A stretch of DNA of 64,000 bases from Squalus acanthias (Eukaryota): assembly GCA_030390025.1 (NCBI GenBank), contig CM059446.1, positions 19,096,001-19,160,000 of the forward strand, written 5' to 3'. Shown here piece after piece: positions 23,693 through 36,608 of the stretch. The notes below the pieces were generated by a model that saw only the letters and a program-made list of their open reading frames with translations, was not told the origin of the DNA and made no database searches. How positions within the stretch are numbered: position 1 is the stretch's first letter; every line of letters begins with the position of its first letter. The translations under genes and the position numbers were made by a program.

Positions 23693-24144
23693 GTAATGTA
23701 TGCTGAAGGCGATTCTTAAATTTACATCGTCAAGCACTCGAGGCTTCTGATGTTTATTTAAAGGAAAAATTAAATTTGAAGCCAATGCTTTTACTGTGTC
23801 ACTCAATGGCTTGCCGACTGAATTGCTTGAGTTGTTTGGGTCTCTTGAAATAACACACAACTACTTTGTCAACTAAATACAATTGGCAAATGATGTAATT
23901 CAGAACTGATCCTTCCTATGCAATGTTGTGAGAAGGTTTTTGCAGCATTGAGATGCAATAAATCACCAATAGTTACAAATTTTATACAGGAAGTGCCAGT
24001 CCTGAATAACCTTAAACTCAACATATTGACTTCAAACAGAATTGTGTGTGTCCAGTGAGTCATCATCCTTTTTTGCTCTCCTGCTTCTTCTTCATTCTAT
24101 CCTTTATTTAACTAATTAATGCTCTCTGTTCTACTCATGTACAG

Positions 24145-24607
24145 GTCAGCTGTGGCTCAGTGGGCAGCACCCTCGCCTCTGAGTCAGAAGGTTGTGGGTT
24201 CAGAGTCCCACTCCAGAGACTTGAGCACAAAAATCTAGGCTGACACTCCAGTGCAGTGCTGAGGGAGTGCTGCACTGTCGGAGGTGCCGTCTTTCGGATG
24301 AGATGTTAAACCGAGGCCCCGTCTGCTCTCTCAGGTGGACGTAAAAGATCCCATGGCACTATTTTGAAGAAGAGCAGGGGAGTTCTCCCCGGTGTCCTGG
24401 CCAATATTTATCCCTCAATCAACATCACTAAAACAGATTATCTGGTCATTATCATGTTGCTGTTTGTGGGACCTTGCTGTGCGCAAATTGGCTGCCGCAT
24501 TTCCCACATTACAACAGTGACTACACCTCAAATAATACTTAATTGGCTGTAAAGTGCTTTGAGTGGTTGTGAAAGGCGCTATAGAAATGCAAGTTTTTCT
24601 TTCTTTC
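24145..24607 (+). mobile_element. DeuSINE (SacSINE1-like), full length
   Basis: gtcagctgtggctcagtgggcagcac (A box), ggttcagagtccc (B box), Deu domain, (ttct)n tail. Confidence 0.92.
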
Positions 24608-26125
24608 ATTGGAACTTTTTACCCTATTTTCATTTTCTAAATGTAAAAGCTTTCACTTATCTCTTTACTTCAGTCTCTCTGGTTCCACTGTCCATTTTGG
24701 TGTGAGCCATTTTACAAAATAAGCTGCCCTTTGGCTAGAAAACTAGCCAGTTTTTGGCCAATTGAAAACCAGATTCTGTAGCTTTCACATGGTTATATCT
24801 GATCGATCTTGTATGTGTAAAAATGAACCCAGATATGGAAGATATTAGATTTACCAGCATCCATTGGATCGAAGATGATCTGCTGGGTTCCTGCTTATGA
24901 CCACCACTTCTAGGATTTTCTGCTGGAAGGAACGGGATATATTTGGCATCATTCATGCCCTAGCAACATTGGCTGCATTGAGGGCACTCATTCTCCACCC
25001 ACCTGAAATATACAGATGTGCTTGGCCTCAGGGTCAGGATGGGAAGCTAGTGGTGGACGATGAGGACACCCTTCCAGGGGATTATACCCACATTATGTTC
25101 AAGCACATCTTCACTGCAACAACAAAGACTATTTAAAATGGGGATAATACTGCACCCAGATTGAGGGAGCTTTCTGAAATACCTCCGTACAAAGGACCAG
25201 AACTTGAGAAGTTTGGATGAAAACACAACAACTCAGAGCTGAAGTAGTCTATCCTTTTTTTGATAGATCAGCTCCATCTACCTGCCTTCTCACCAAATCT
25301 CTCTCTCCTTTCTCTCCAGGAATACATCCAATTGCCTCTTGAACCTACTAATACTGTCAGCTTCACTGGCCTTCCCTATTTTACTTTTTGGGTGAAAAAG
25401 GTTTTGCCTGACTTCCTAATTTTCAACCCCGTGCCCCTGAAACCGTCGCCACAGCACACCATTTACCCACATTGAATTTATCAGTTCCCTCAATACGTTC
25501 AACACCTTCTATTGGCTTTTATCATTTCCAAAGATAAGTCCATTCCTTAAACCCTCAAAACATAAATTCCTGGTACCCGGAAACCTCATTGTTGCTCATC
25601 CATGTGCCCTCTCGAGGGGAATAACCTTTCGACTGGATCATGTCAAAGCTTTTTCCCAAGCACCAGCATTCTAAAACCTGGATAACTGGTGGGGACTGTG
25701 TATGCAAAGCAAAATATCGAGTTACCCATTGGGAGGTATGGATGGGACAATAATCTGTCTGCTTTAAATGCTATTTGGGGCATGTCATAGCTTACATATT
25801 GCAAAACTTGACATTTTTAAATAAAATGTTAAGTCCATTCCTAACACTGAAATTGAATTATTCCGATGGTTTAACTTTGAGTCATTTTCTATAGCGATCA
25901 CTAAGGCTTTGTAGACACAATTAGTAGCAATTCTCATTATTCCCTGTCCACGATATTAAGTTAATGCCTTTTTATGTGGACCAGCAGGAAGGGCAATTCG
26001 CCCTTCACTGGGCCATTCGTGCCACTGAGCTACTTCCGTGGGTCTGACAGCAAATGTTAGTTAATTGTGGTAGCGTTCTACAACTCCATGAATTGAATGA
26101 TTCACAATATTTTTTTTTGTTGCAG

Positions 26126-26258
26126 GAACACCGATGTTCACACGGTTGCATCCCTGCTGAAGCTGTATCTGAGGGAGTTGCCAGAGCCAGTGATCCCGTT
26201 TGCCAAGTATGAGGACTTCCTCTCATGTGCACAACTACTGGCTAAGGATGAAGAGGAG
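26126..26258 (+). CDS. ARHGAP22: ARHGAP22 RhoGAP exon
   Basis: Acceptor ttttgttgcag|G, donor GAG|gtacac. [44 protein letters not shown] with the classic Rho[13 protein letters not shown] motif. 133 nt, phase fits the previous exon. Confidence 0.95.
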
Positions 26259-26363
26259 GTACACCATACTGTGTTTTGTCCGGAATGCATAATCTCCTCT
26301 TTGCCAACATTCCTAGAAATTGGGCCATTCCATATTCCTTTTAGTAGACCATTTTATACTACA

Positions 26364-26775
26364 CTGGAGTATAGAAGAATGAGAGGGGATCTCATCGAAA
26401 CATATAAAATTCTGACAGGTCTGGACAAACTAGATGCAGGAAGAATGTTCCCGATGGTCGGAGAGACCAGAACCAGGGGTCATAATCTAAGGATAAGGGG
26501 TAAGCCATTTAGGACTGAGGTGAGGAAGAATTTCTTCACCCAGAGAGTGGTGAACCTGTGGAATTCTCTACCACAGAAGGTAGTTGAGGCCAAGTCATTA
26601 AATATATTCAAGAATGAGTTAGATATATTTCTTAAAGCTAAAGGTATCAAGGGATATGGGGAGAAGGCAGGGACAGGGTACTGAGTTTGGATGATCAGCC
26701 ATGATCTCATCGAATGGCGGAGCAGGCTCGAGGGGCCGAATGGCCTACTCTTGCTCCTATCTTCTATGTTTCTAT
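26364..26775 (+). mobile_element. CR1/HER1-type LINE 3' fragment, young
   Basis: Nearly identical to 734-1147; encodes [17 protein letters not shown]...[10 protein letters not shown]. Confidence 0.92.
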
Positions 26776-27870
26776 ATTTACCTCAATCTGGAACAGTTTC
26801 GGGTTTGCGTTGATTGAAACTGTCCAGTGTGATTTGGATGCCAAGTCGTCCAAAATACATTGAAGCAAGAGGTGTGAGACTGCCTCCAGGAGGTAGTTGA
26901 GCTTAACACTATATGCAAAGCCTATTTTAAGAAGCTCCTATTTTAAGAAGCTCCCAAGTGCTCCTGCTTGGCGTACATTAGTGGAGAGTCCCAAACGTTG
27001 AGGACAGACATTCATGCAGAGAGCTCTCTTGCCTTTGAGCAGAAGGCAGTAGAGGAGCTGGCAGTATAACTTGTGTCTACAGACCCAGCGAGGCACCTTT
27101 TATTTCTAAGTACGAGTACATGTAGCATAACTGGGTCTTGGATAAAATATCACAATTATTGGATGGTGACTGGCTCCCATGACAACCACACAGCAAAAGT
27201 GCCAATGCCAGCACAATAGAAGAAAACTGGTGGGGTGGGGGGGGGGCGGGGGAAAGCACTGGGCAATTATTGCTGTAGCTGAGCCACTACTTAATTCGGG
27301 TTTGGAGAGAAGGATTGATAATTTAATCTAAATAAAATTACGTAATACAATTAACATCGCCCCAATCGTGTGTCAAGGCAGTTCTCTGATAATCCGTGCC
27401 TTTTTCTCACTTGCCTTTTCCTTCTCTTCCATACTGGCTCATGCTGACGTGACCCAGTCCCACTATGTATATCAGTAAATACCCCTGCACTAACACTGCT
27501 GATAACCTGCCATACACCATTATAACAAAGACTGACCAAACTGCAAGTCTCTCTCAATGCATCATTGGTAAGGATACATTTTGCCAACAAAAATGCAGAA
27601 CCTCCCTCTTAACACCTATGACCTGGATACTGCTCAAGACTTTAGTCCTTATTTAAGGGAAAGACCTTAAAAGGATTTAAACCCAATGAAAAGAACCTGG
27701 GCAGGACCCATTTTTTTTTCCTTAAATTTTGTTTGACTGAGCTGTCGAGAGAACTGAAATCCTTGACACTAAAGCTGGATTTGCGCGACAACTGTAGTGT
27801 CCGCGCAAAGCAGGTCCACCTTCCCACAAACATTGCAGTTAGAGTGTAAAAGGAGCCTGAATTTGGTGGT

Positions 27871-28423
27871 ACAACAACAACAACTTGTATTTATATAGCG
27901 CCTTTAACGTAGTAAAACGTCCCAAGGCGCTGCACAGGAGTATTTTATGACAAAAAATTTGACACTGATCCGCATAAGGATAAATTAGGGCAGGTGACCA
28001 AAAGCTTGGTCAAAGAGGTAGGTTTTAAGGAGCGTCTTAAAGGAGGAAAGAGAGGTAGCGAGGCGGAGAGGTTTAGGGAGGGAATTCCAGAGCTTAGGGC
28101 CCAGGCAACAGAAGGCACGGCCACCAATGGTTGAGCGATTATAATCAGAGATGCTCAAGAGGGCAGAATTAGAGGAGCGCAGATATCTCGGAGGGGGGGG
28201 GGGGGGCGGCGGGGGGTGGTTGTGGGGCTGAAGGAGATTACAGAGATAGGGAGGGGCGAGGCAATGGAGGGATTTGAAAACAAGGATGAGAATTTTGAAA
28301 TCGAGGCGCTGCTTAACCGGGAGCCAATGTAGGTCAGCGAGCACAGGGGTGATGGGCGAACGGGACTTGGTGCGAGTTAGGACACGGGCAGCCGAGATTT
28401 GGATGACCTCATGTTTACGTAGG
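27871..28423 (-). mobile_element. L2 LINE 3' end
   Basis: Minus-strand ORF AARVLTRTKSRSPITPVLADLHWLPVKQRLDFKIL...GGRAF..LGPKLWNSLP; (caa)n tail. Confidence 0.92.
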
Positions 28424-29459
28424 TACCCGAGCAGACGCCACAATGAAGTGGATGGAGGCTCCCTGGAGGTGGGAATCTTGCTCCAATTTACTTGGGAGTC
28501 ATTTTGGGCCTTCACTCCCGATGTACAGTCCGAGATTAGCAGCAAGGCCAAGCAGTTGTGGCCTCGCACTGATGCTCAACATGCCGAGTGTGGCTGCATT
28601 GTTAAAGTAATTGAGCCACATCACCAACTTAACTATTAATTGGATGACTGCTAAACCTCTTACCACGGTAGTGCAAGTATTTTAATCTGTTAGCTTTCAC
28701 TTGCCTGAGCTTTGATTTCTCTGAAAATGTGAGTAAAAACAAATTTTTATATCAGGACAGATTTAATTAGAGAACTGCAGCAACAATGAGTTAGTTGAAC
28801 CAGTGTAGGGAGCTTTAAGGTTGTCGGACTTCAATGGTTACAGCCTCAATCTGTGAACAACCCTATGAAAAATTATGAATGAGATGAGGTCTTTGCACCC
28901 ATCTCTCGAATACCCTAACTGCCCCTTTTACAGCATCCAGTCTTATTTAAACATCTCGAAGTCTTTTGCTTCTAGCGGGCTGCGTGGCAGATTGTTCCAA
29001 ACGCTTATCGTGCTCTAAACACATGGGGGTAGAATTTCCCCAGGGGTTCTCCTAATCTCCTGCCTTAACCTCTGCGGAAATCCCAGAGAAATAGTGTAAA
29101 CGGCTGACTATGTTGTTTCACCGAGTTTCCGACCAAAGTTATGTCAGGAGAATCCCTGGTTATGGGGCTGAGGGGAAAGAGCGGGGGAGCGTCACTAATT
29201 GGATAGATAGCTCTTTCAAAGACCTGGCACAGGCACGATGGGCCAAATGGCCTCCCGTGCCTCTCGTGCAGAAGTTCTACTCCATGGTATGGCAGGACCC
29301 GGTAAAGATGGGTATTGAAACAAATATAGACTTTTTTTTTGAATGGTGAAGTGATGCAATGTTTGGGTGTGGAAAGCCTGCCCACAGCGCCCTGTCTATT
29401 TGTGGCACATCAAGTGAGCCCCATGTCCGAATTTGGAACAGGTTTAATTCACAAGACTA

Positions 29460-30095
29460 CCGCCCCGATTTTAACGCTGGGCCAGTTTTCGGCGGGCGAG
29501 GAGCAGTGAGAGTTAGCTCATCCAGAAACGAGACCCCCCCACTTCCCCGGGGTACTTAAAACTCCCGGGCTTCATTTAAATCCCACCAACCTGTTTTAGG
29601 CAGGAAGTCGATGGGAAGCAGCGGAAAATTGCGTGGGCCAGAAGCCGCCCACTGAGACCAGGTAAGAGGCGGGATTGGCTTCCAGGGCCTTTCTGCAAGG
29701 GTCCAGCGATCAGGGGAGAAGCCATTGAAAGGGAGTCCCAAGCTTCCCTGTGGGGTCAGGAGGTGCATTTAAATCATTTTTTTAAAGAAATGTACCTCTT
29801 CTGGCCCAGCCTCGACCCGCTTCTCCAATAGGCTGGCCTGGCGGGAATCTCACTCCCGCTTCCCGTTCAGACCGCCGAGTTAAAATTGCAGTCGGATCCC
29901 GATGACATCATCAAGAACTGGCATACACATGTTTAAAAAGGACCCCGGCAGTTTTGGGCCGGTTCCCTAGCCGCCTGCTCAGTTGAGCAGGTTACAGTTG
30001 CGATCTGGTGGATCTGTGGCGGGTAAGTAACCTGGATGGACTTTAACTGCCCACTTATCTGGTGTCCATTGGGCTGGTAAGGTTAAAATTGCCCT
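29460..30095. mobile_element. Non-autonomous TIR element (MITE-like)
   Basis: Imperfect termini ccccgattttaac / ggttaaaattgccc around a GC-rich interior; ends about 70 bp upstream of the 30165 exon. Confidence 0.55.
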
Positions 30096-30164
30096 GTAAA
30101 TGCTTTTTGAGTCTTCTATCTGAACTATAATGAGAATTAATAATCTGGTCTTGTTTTTATCCAG

Positions 30165-30238
30165 GGTGTCCAGGAACTGATCAAACAGGTCACTAGTCTG
30201 CCTCAGGCCAATTACAATCTCCTCAAATATATCTGCAG
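30165..30238 (+). CDS. ARHGAP22: ARHGAP22 RhoGAP exon
   Basis: Acceptor ttttatccag|GGT, donor AG|gtgggt. [24 protein letters not shown](R). 74 nt; too short for the ORF track, translated by hand. Confidence 0.93.
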
Positions 30239-31065
30239 GTGGGTGTTTTTTTTGCTATGACGAGGTTGAATGGGTGGGTGGTGAAGCATCTAATCGGGGC
30301 TAATGGTCACTAAAGCCATCACTGATCTGTTTCTCACCTATTCTGTGTGCTGCTCTACAAAATTTAACATTGCTTTACCTCTTCAATACTGGAAACAGAA
30401 TTACAGAACTGAATTTTGTCCGATTTTTGTGTGGAGGTTGTGGCTAGACTTGGTTTTTCTAATACAAGAGATTGGCAAAGTCAGTAGTGTTTAAGAAATG
30501 GTTGGAACACCTAATTCCAAGACAGAAAGCCGAAAGTTTGAAATTCCAAAGCTGTTTGACTGCCATTGCACGGACTTTGTCTTAGCTTTGGGTAGATTTA
30601 GTCACATTTTTGTCATACTTTTAGATGGACAGTGATGTGAAATGGTGGAGTGGCAGCTTCTTGCTGTTTTATTAACAGCAGTCTTAATAGCTCACTCCTG
30701 GTAGTTTTTTTTCTATGCCCATTTTAGGGGTGGGGTGGGGAAGTCTTGCCAGACACTTGCCACATCTTCCTCCCTTGACTGTAACCCAGTCACCCCCTGA
30801 TGTCCAAGCATTGGTTTGGCAAGAATCTGATCGGGAAGAGTCTGTGATACTGTTGAACTGCAAAATTTTGATGGTGTGATATTTTGCATTTGGGCAGAAG
30901 AAGATACATTACCTCTCTGTGGGGGGGGGGTGAATGGCTGCCACCAAGTGCAGGTAAATGCAACCCAACCTGTCAAAGGCACAGATTTCTTTGTTCACAT
31001 CCAACAGATGAATAATCCAAGTGAACCAAGAAGCCTTTAATTGGACAAAATATGAAGAATTGTCA

Positions 31066-31087
31066 GTGTGTGTGTGTGTGTGTGTGT
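31066..31087. repeat. (GT)n microsatellite
   Basis: Run of about 11 gt units. Confidence 0.9.
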
Positions 31088-31221
31088 ATGTGCTCTAATT
31101 GGTGCATATTATATACCTTTGATGTGGAACTAAAAGACCATTTCAGCAAAATGCAGCAGATGGGGGTTATACTGTATTTTGACTGACTTGTCCCTTCTAA
31201 TATTGGCCATGTTATTTGTAG

Positions 31222-31343
31222 GTTCCTTGATGAAGTTCAGTCTTATTCAAGTGTTAATAAAATGAGTGTCCAAAACCTCGCAACTGTCTTTGGACCAAAT
31301 ATCTTGCGTCCAAAACTGGAAGACCCAGTGACTATTATGGAAG
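31222..31343 (+). CDS. ARHGAP22: ARHGAP22 RhoGAP exon
   Basis: Acceptor ttatttgtag|G, donor G|gtatgc. [40 protein letters not shown](G) with the NKM..NLA.VFGPN RhoGAP motif. 122 nt. Confidence 0.95.
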
Positions 31344-31374
31344 GTATGCAAATTTCACTCATCCAATTGTCTTA

Positions 31375-31477
31375 TTAACACTGTTTCTCTCCCCACAGAT
31401 GCTGCCTGACCTGCTGAGTATTTCCAGCATTTTCTGTTTTTATTTCAGATTTCCAGCATCTGCAGTATTTTGCTTTC
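31375..31477 (+). mobile_element. Penelope-like 3' terminal fragment (family B), followed by a CR1 tail
   Basis: ctgtttctctccccacagatgctgcctgacctgctgagtatttccagcattttctg...gcagtattttgctttc. Confidence 0.7.
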
Positions 31478-33526
31478 GTAGATAGATTTCTGTTAGGTAA
31501 GGGTATCCAGGGATATGGAACTGAGGTACAGATCAACCATGATCTAACTGAATGGCAGAGTAGGCTCGAGGGGCTGAATGAGCATAAGTCCCTATGCCTT
31601 ACGCCAATAGTGAACCTTAACTTTCAACCTCACAATATCGACTAGTGCACAACTGTAGCATTAATATCTTTCACCCCAACAATCCTGTGGGTTCTGTCGG
31701 AGAACTGCTAGATTTTAGGCAGTTGTGTAGCATAGACTGATGGCTACAAAATTGTCACCACCTAATCCAATCTCTGATCTGAAGCTGAGGTGTCCGTCTT
31801 TTTGGAGCAGGATCTACATGGCACAACCATTTGGCCACATTTGGCTATGAATCTTACAAAGTGTCCATGTTTTCCTATGCAGTAAAATCTATCCCCGTAA
31901 ATCAAAGAGCTTTTTGCTGGGCCTGGCTTGGTCTGCTCTGCTCCCCAAGTCCTCTTCCCTGTTGCTCATTCTGCTGTTTTCTTTGGTGCCCACTCTGCCT
32001 CCGCCACCATTGCCAGTCCTACCACTGTTGCCCTTCTCGCTGTTGTTGGGGTCAATGTATCTGTTGGTGGATCTGTTCCAAAGTTTGGGTGCTTCATTTA
32101 AAATTTTCCAGGCCCAAAAGCTGTGTGATTGGTCCAAAAATTCTGAGCCTTCATTGGTATAAATGCACCAATCAAGAAGCAACTTTGCTAATTCTCAAGG
32201 CCCAAGAATTTTAAGCTGTTCAATGAAGTCTTCTTTGTGCATAGTGTGCAAATAGATCAAAATAACTGCAGGTTGAGGGGAATTCATGACCCAAATCTGG
32301 TGTGTCTTTTACATACTGCTAACGCAAGGTATCTAGTTGGCATTTTAAGCTCTCAATGGTAGAACCGTCCTGTTCAAACTACAGGTTACAACACGGATAA
32401 TAAGTGACTAGAAAATGGAGAATGTGATTCCCATGAGAGGAAATGCAGTTTCTAATTAACTGCAACCTTCACCATTTTACATAAACATAGGAACATACAA
32501 AGAAAGGACCGGGAAAGACCAAGTGGTCCATCAAACCTGTTTCATCCACCATCTAACGCTCCCTCCCGCGCCCTGCCCCAACCAGTCAGCACCCACGCAA
32601 TCCCCTGGGAGGGACAAGAGAAAAACCTTCAGCCAATTTAGGGAAATAAATCTCTGGGAAATTCCTCTGATGCCTGTAGGCTATCAAGCTGCAGCAGATC
32701 ATAGTGACTGAGATCACTACCTTGTCGCCCATTGGACTACCTTGTCAACCCACCGACGCTCTATAATTGAGATGCCACCCAAACATTTTTACCCAATTAA
32801 TGTGATAAACACAAGAGTAGAGTTACATCAGCTCCCCTGCTGGCTTGATCAGTAGATGCACCATATAGTGTTATACTGAGCCGTACTGAGTGGGCGGTCC
32901 CAGCTGCGATTCCAGTGTTTCTGGTGACAAATACAAACAAAGGAGAACCATTCAGTTCATTTTAGAGCATCTGTTCAGAAAAATAAATCTGCAGTTTCCG
33001 CCCACCCCCTCACCAATCATAGTAACCAAATGGCTGACTTTAAGGCTCACTTGGCCTAGGTGTCTACTTGTGTGAAGAAATTCTTCCTGACATCTGATTT
33101 AAATTAATCTTTTACCAGTTTGAGGTGGTCCTCTTGTCCTGCCGTTGGAGCATCCAGATTTACCTCCCCTCTAGCTTTTTAACGATTGCGTATTTCTATC
33201 CGGTCCACTTCTTTCCCAATCTGACCAGTCTACCCTCAAAGGATCAGCCTCTGGATTGCCCCCTGTGTCACCAGGAGCATGTCACAAAATTACACAGTCC
33301 AAGCCCACCGTTTTTCATCCATTAACTGATACGACCCCAACATGTGCCGTGGAGCGCAGAATGTTTAACTCTCGAGTGAACAAACCTTGGGGTACTACAA
33401 TAGACCTCCGCACCCATGAAAGAGAGGGGCAAGATCAACCAGGATTCCTGCTTGTATGTGTTATCAAATGATACCGACTGGAAAATGTGTGTATAGACAT
33501 TGAGTGAGGGCAGGATTAGACTGGTC

Positions 33527-34240
33527 TAAGAACATAAGAAATAGGAGCAGGAATAGGCCACTTGGCCCCTCGAGCCTGCTCCGCCATTCAATAAGATCAT
33601 GGCTGATCTTGGGCTCAAAGCCACTTCCCCGCCCGCTCCCTATAACCCTTCACTCCCTTATCTTGTAAAAATCTGTCTATCTCCACCTTAAATGTATCCA
33701 ATGACCCAGCCTCCACGGCTCTCTGGGGCAGAGAATTCCACAGATTTACGACCCTCTGAGAGAAGAAATTCCTCATCTCAGTTCTAAAAGGGCGACCCTT
33801 TATTCTGAAACTATGCCCCCAAGTTCTAGATTTCCCCACGAGGGGAAACATCCTCTCTGCATCTACCTTGTCGAGCCCCCTCAGAATCTTATATGTTTCA
33901 ATAAGATCACCTCTCATTCTTCTAAATTCCAATGAGTATAAGCCCAACCTGCTCAACCTTTCTTCATAAGTCAAACCCCCTCATCTCAGGAATCAACTGT
34001 GTGAATCATCTCTGAACTGCCTCCAATGCAAGTATATCCTTCCTTAAATAAGGAGACCAAAATGGTACGCAGTACTCAAGGTGTGGTCTCACCAATACCC
34101 TGTACAGTTGTAGCAGGACTTCCCTGCTTTTATACTCCAACCCCCTTGCAATAAAGGCCAACATTCCATTTGCCTTTTTGATTACTTGCTGCAACCTGCA
34201 TGCTAACTTTTTGTGTTTCATGCACAAGGACCCCCTCTGC
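33527..34240 (-). mobile_element. CR1 LINE 3' fragment
   Basis: Two minus-strand ORFs, KKANGMLAFIARGLEYKSREVLLQLYRVLVRPHLEYC... and YEERLSRLGLYSLEFRRMRGDL...; (aagaacat)n tail. Confidence 0.93.
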
Positions 34241-36180
34241 CTAGCCCAAAGTAGCCGAGCCCAACACTCGCTAACAAAGGTCACACGTAGCCACTTGGGC
34301 AAGGGCTACCAGCATCTATGAAACCACATCCCCCCGCCCCCCCCCCCCCAGCCTAAGACGTGAGCTTCAGGAGAGGAGGAGGGATCATTCGGGGGAGTGG
34401 AGTAGAGGAACATTTTAAAAGAACTACCATGTTGGGGGGGAAAAAGATGACCAGATTCAGAAAGGAGCAGTTAAAGAGGTGACCAGAGTTGGGAACCATG
34501 GCATAATCTGGATAGCAGGTGTGTTCAGATTTCTGTACATCAGTAGCATTTTTTTTTAGGACGTTTTTGACCGGACTAATGTGTCGATGCTTTGATTTTC
34601 AGTCCGTCTGAAATATTCAACACCATAAGTAAACCCATATGTAAGAATACTGCAGTTTTGAATATGTGCTTGTCTTACTACTGTGTCTCTCTCCTATTCC
34701 TTGGACAACTTCCATTTAACTCTGAAATGTGCAGCGTCTGACATGTGCAGACTTTCTCATTCACTGCACAGACAGAGTAGTGACGGCAGAAACCCTAGAA
34801 TTGTTTAGGGAACAATTGGTTGCTACAATGGGGCGTTGTGATGCTCCTGGGTGGATGGACCGAATGGCCTTCCTCATCTGTAATGATCCTGTGAAGACAG
34901 GAGGAGACATTTGAGAGCGATTAATGGCAGTGCTACTTGAGGGACAGCATTATCCAGAGGGTGCAATTCAGATCAACTTTTTTGTTTCACTTATGATTTT
35001 TTTTTTCCTCCTGAAAATTTATTTTACGTAACATGTCTTGGTAACCAGAAACTATAAACTGATTTTTTAACAATGGTTTAAAAGTCATTTATAATATTTA
35101 TAAGTCAGAATATTAACTTTAGACCTTTAGGTCCACTCACTGGGGTAGATATCTCCCAATTTTAATTTTAATTGAAGTCAGTGGGAGAGATGTAGAACGG
35201 GCTGCTGACTCACTATTGCCCGTTTTACCCTATTTTTTCTGCTTGCTTGATGTTAGACTTTTAATGTAATTATTGGATATCTGAGAACTTGGTCATCAGT
35301 CTGACTCCCTGCAGTATCCTTGGCAATAGAACGAATTCTATTCCGAATGCTCTTGGATTACCAGAATTGACGTCGGCCACCTCGGCAGTGAGCACTTTTC
35401 AAACGTCGCTGGCTGTGAAAATTTGTATATTGTACAGAGAAGAAAACTTAATGATTAGCTAATTAGGAAGTATTCTGAGCAATGTACCCTCTGGATAATG
35501 CTTGCTCATTTAGTACTCCCATTAATCTGGTTCCCTTTGTATCCTGCTTACTGTCACTCTTTCTGACCTTTATTGCCTACCGCTGTCACTCTTTGTCTCT
35601 TTCTCCGGCTTTGCTTTCTACTCTCCTTTTCCTCGAGTCATTGCCTACTTCTCTTGTCCACTTTCCTTTTTAGTTTCCATATTTCCTCCATTGTTAAAGA
35701 AGCTCTCTTCCCTCTTTTGTGTCAAACATTTATTTGGCCCTCACCAACTCTCAACTCCCTATGAGGGCCAGGTGGGATTAGAGAGGATATATTATAAAGA
35801 AGACCAGGGAAAGTTGCACAAAGTCTATCCATATTCAACTATCCTAGCACAAGAAATGACACTTTGGGTAAACTGCTTGGGTTTGGTTCTCATCCGGCAT
35901 GGACTAGTTGGGCCGAATGGCCTGTTTCTGTGCTATGTAATCTTGTCACCATCTTTCAGGAGTACAATCAGTGGTTCTCAATGACTTTGTTTGCACTGTC
36001 CAGTGTTAACTGAGCAATCCAAACCAGGAAGACCTCTGCAGCAATCCCTGGTCCATTCTGTGGTGGCTGATCGCAGCAGGGCTGACAGTGAGGGAGCGAC
36101 GAGCATCCCTCATCTAGGGTGGAGTAAAATCAGCCAGGGTTCCCACTCCTGATTGCTTTCGAATGAGCACTACAGCTAAC

Positions 36181-36608
36181 TTTCGTTTAGGCACGCTACA
36201 GCCCTCTGGACTCAATATCGAGTTCAACAATTTTAGATCATAACCTTAGCCCCAATCACATTTATATTTTATTTTTTCATCCACCCTTTTATTTGCCCTC
36301 CCCCCCTTTTTTTTCCCTCCTAGAAGCTGGCAGCTGTCCTTCATTCTGCCAGTGTACTTCACACTTCTTTCAGCCTTAACCTGTCACATTAACACCACCT
36401 CTTGCCTTGAATATCTCTTAATGTCTCTTAATCTCTCCTTTTGTTCTTTCATCCCTTCCCCCTTTTCCCAGCTTTATCCTTGCCTTAACTGTTTGATTTC
36501 CTGCTGTTTCCAGTTCTGATGAAAGGTCTCGACCTGAAACGTTAACTCTGTTTCTCTCTCCACGGATGCTGCCTCGCCTGCTGAGTTTTTCCAGCGTTTT
36601 CTGTTGTT
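36181..36608 (+). mobile_element. Penelope-like element 3' fragment (family B): ORF end, 3' UTR and hammerhead motif
   Basis: 36181-36243 encodes FRLGTLQPSGLNIEFNNFRS*, the L.T..P.GLN GIY-YIG C-terminal motif of PLEs. Pyrimidine-rich UTR. 13-bp flanking direct repeat actacagctaact (36169-36181, 36609-36621). Confidence 0.85.
36512..36547 (+). ncRNA. Minimal type-I hammerhead ribozyme motif (PLE-associated)
   Basis: AGUU-CUGAUGA-A-AGGUC(uc)GACCU-GAA-ACGU-U-AACU. Confidence 0.62.

Noticed and set aside
26921-26952. Short tandem duplications (cctattttaagaagct x2; similar ones near 9933-9964 and 18059-18105)
   Set aside because: Two-copy slippage events; not CRISPR-like and no spacer array.
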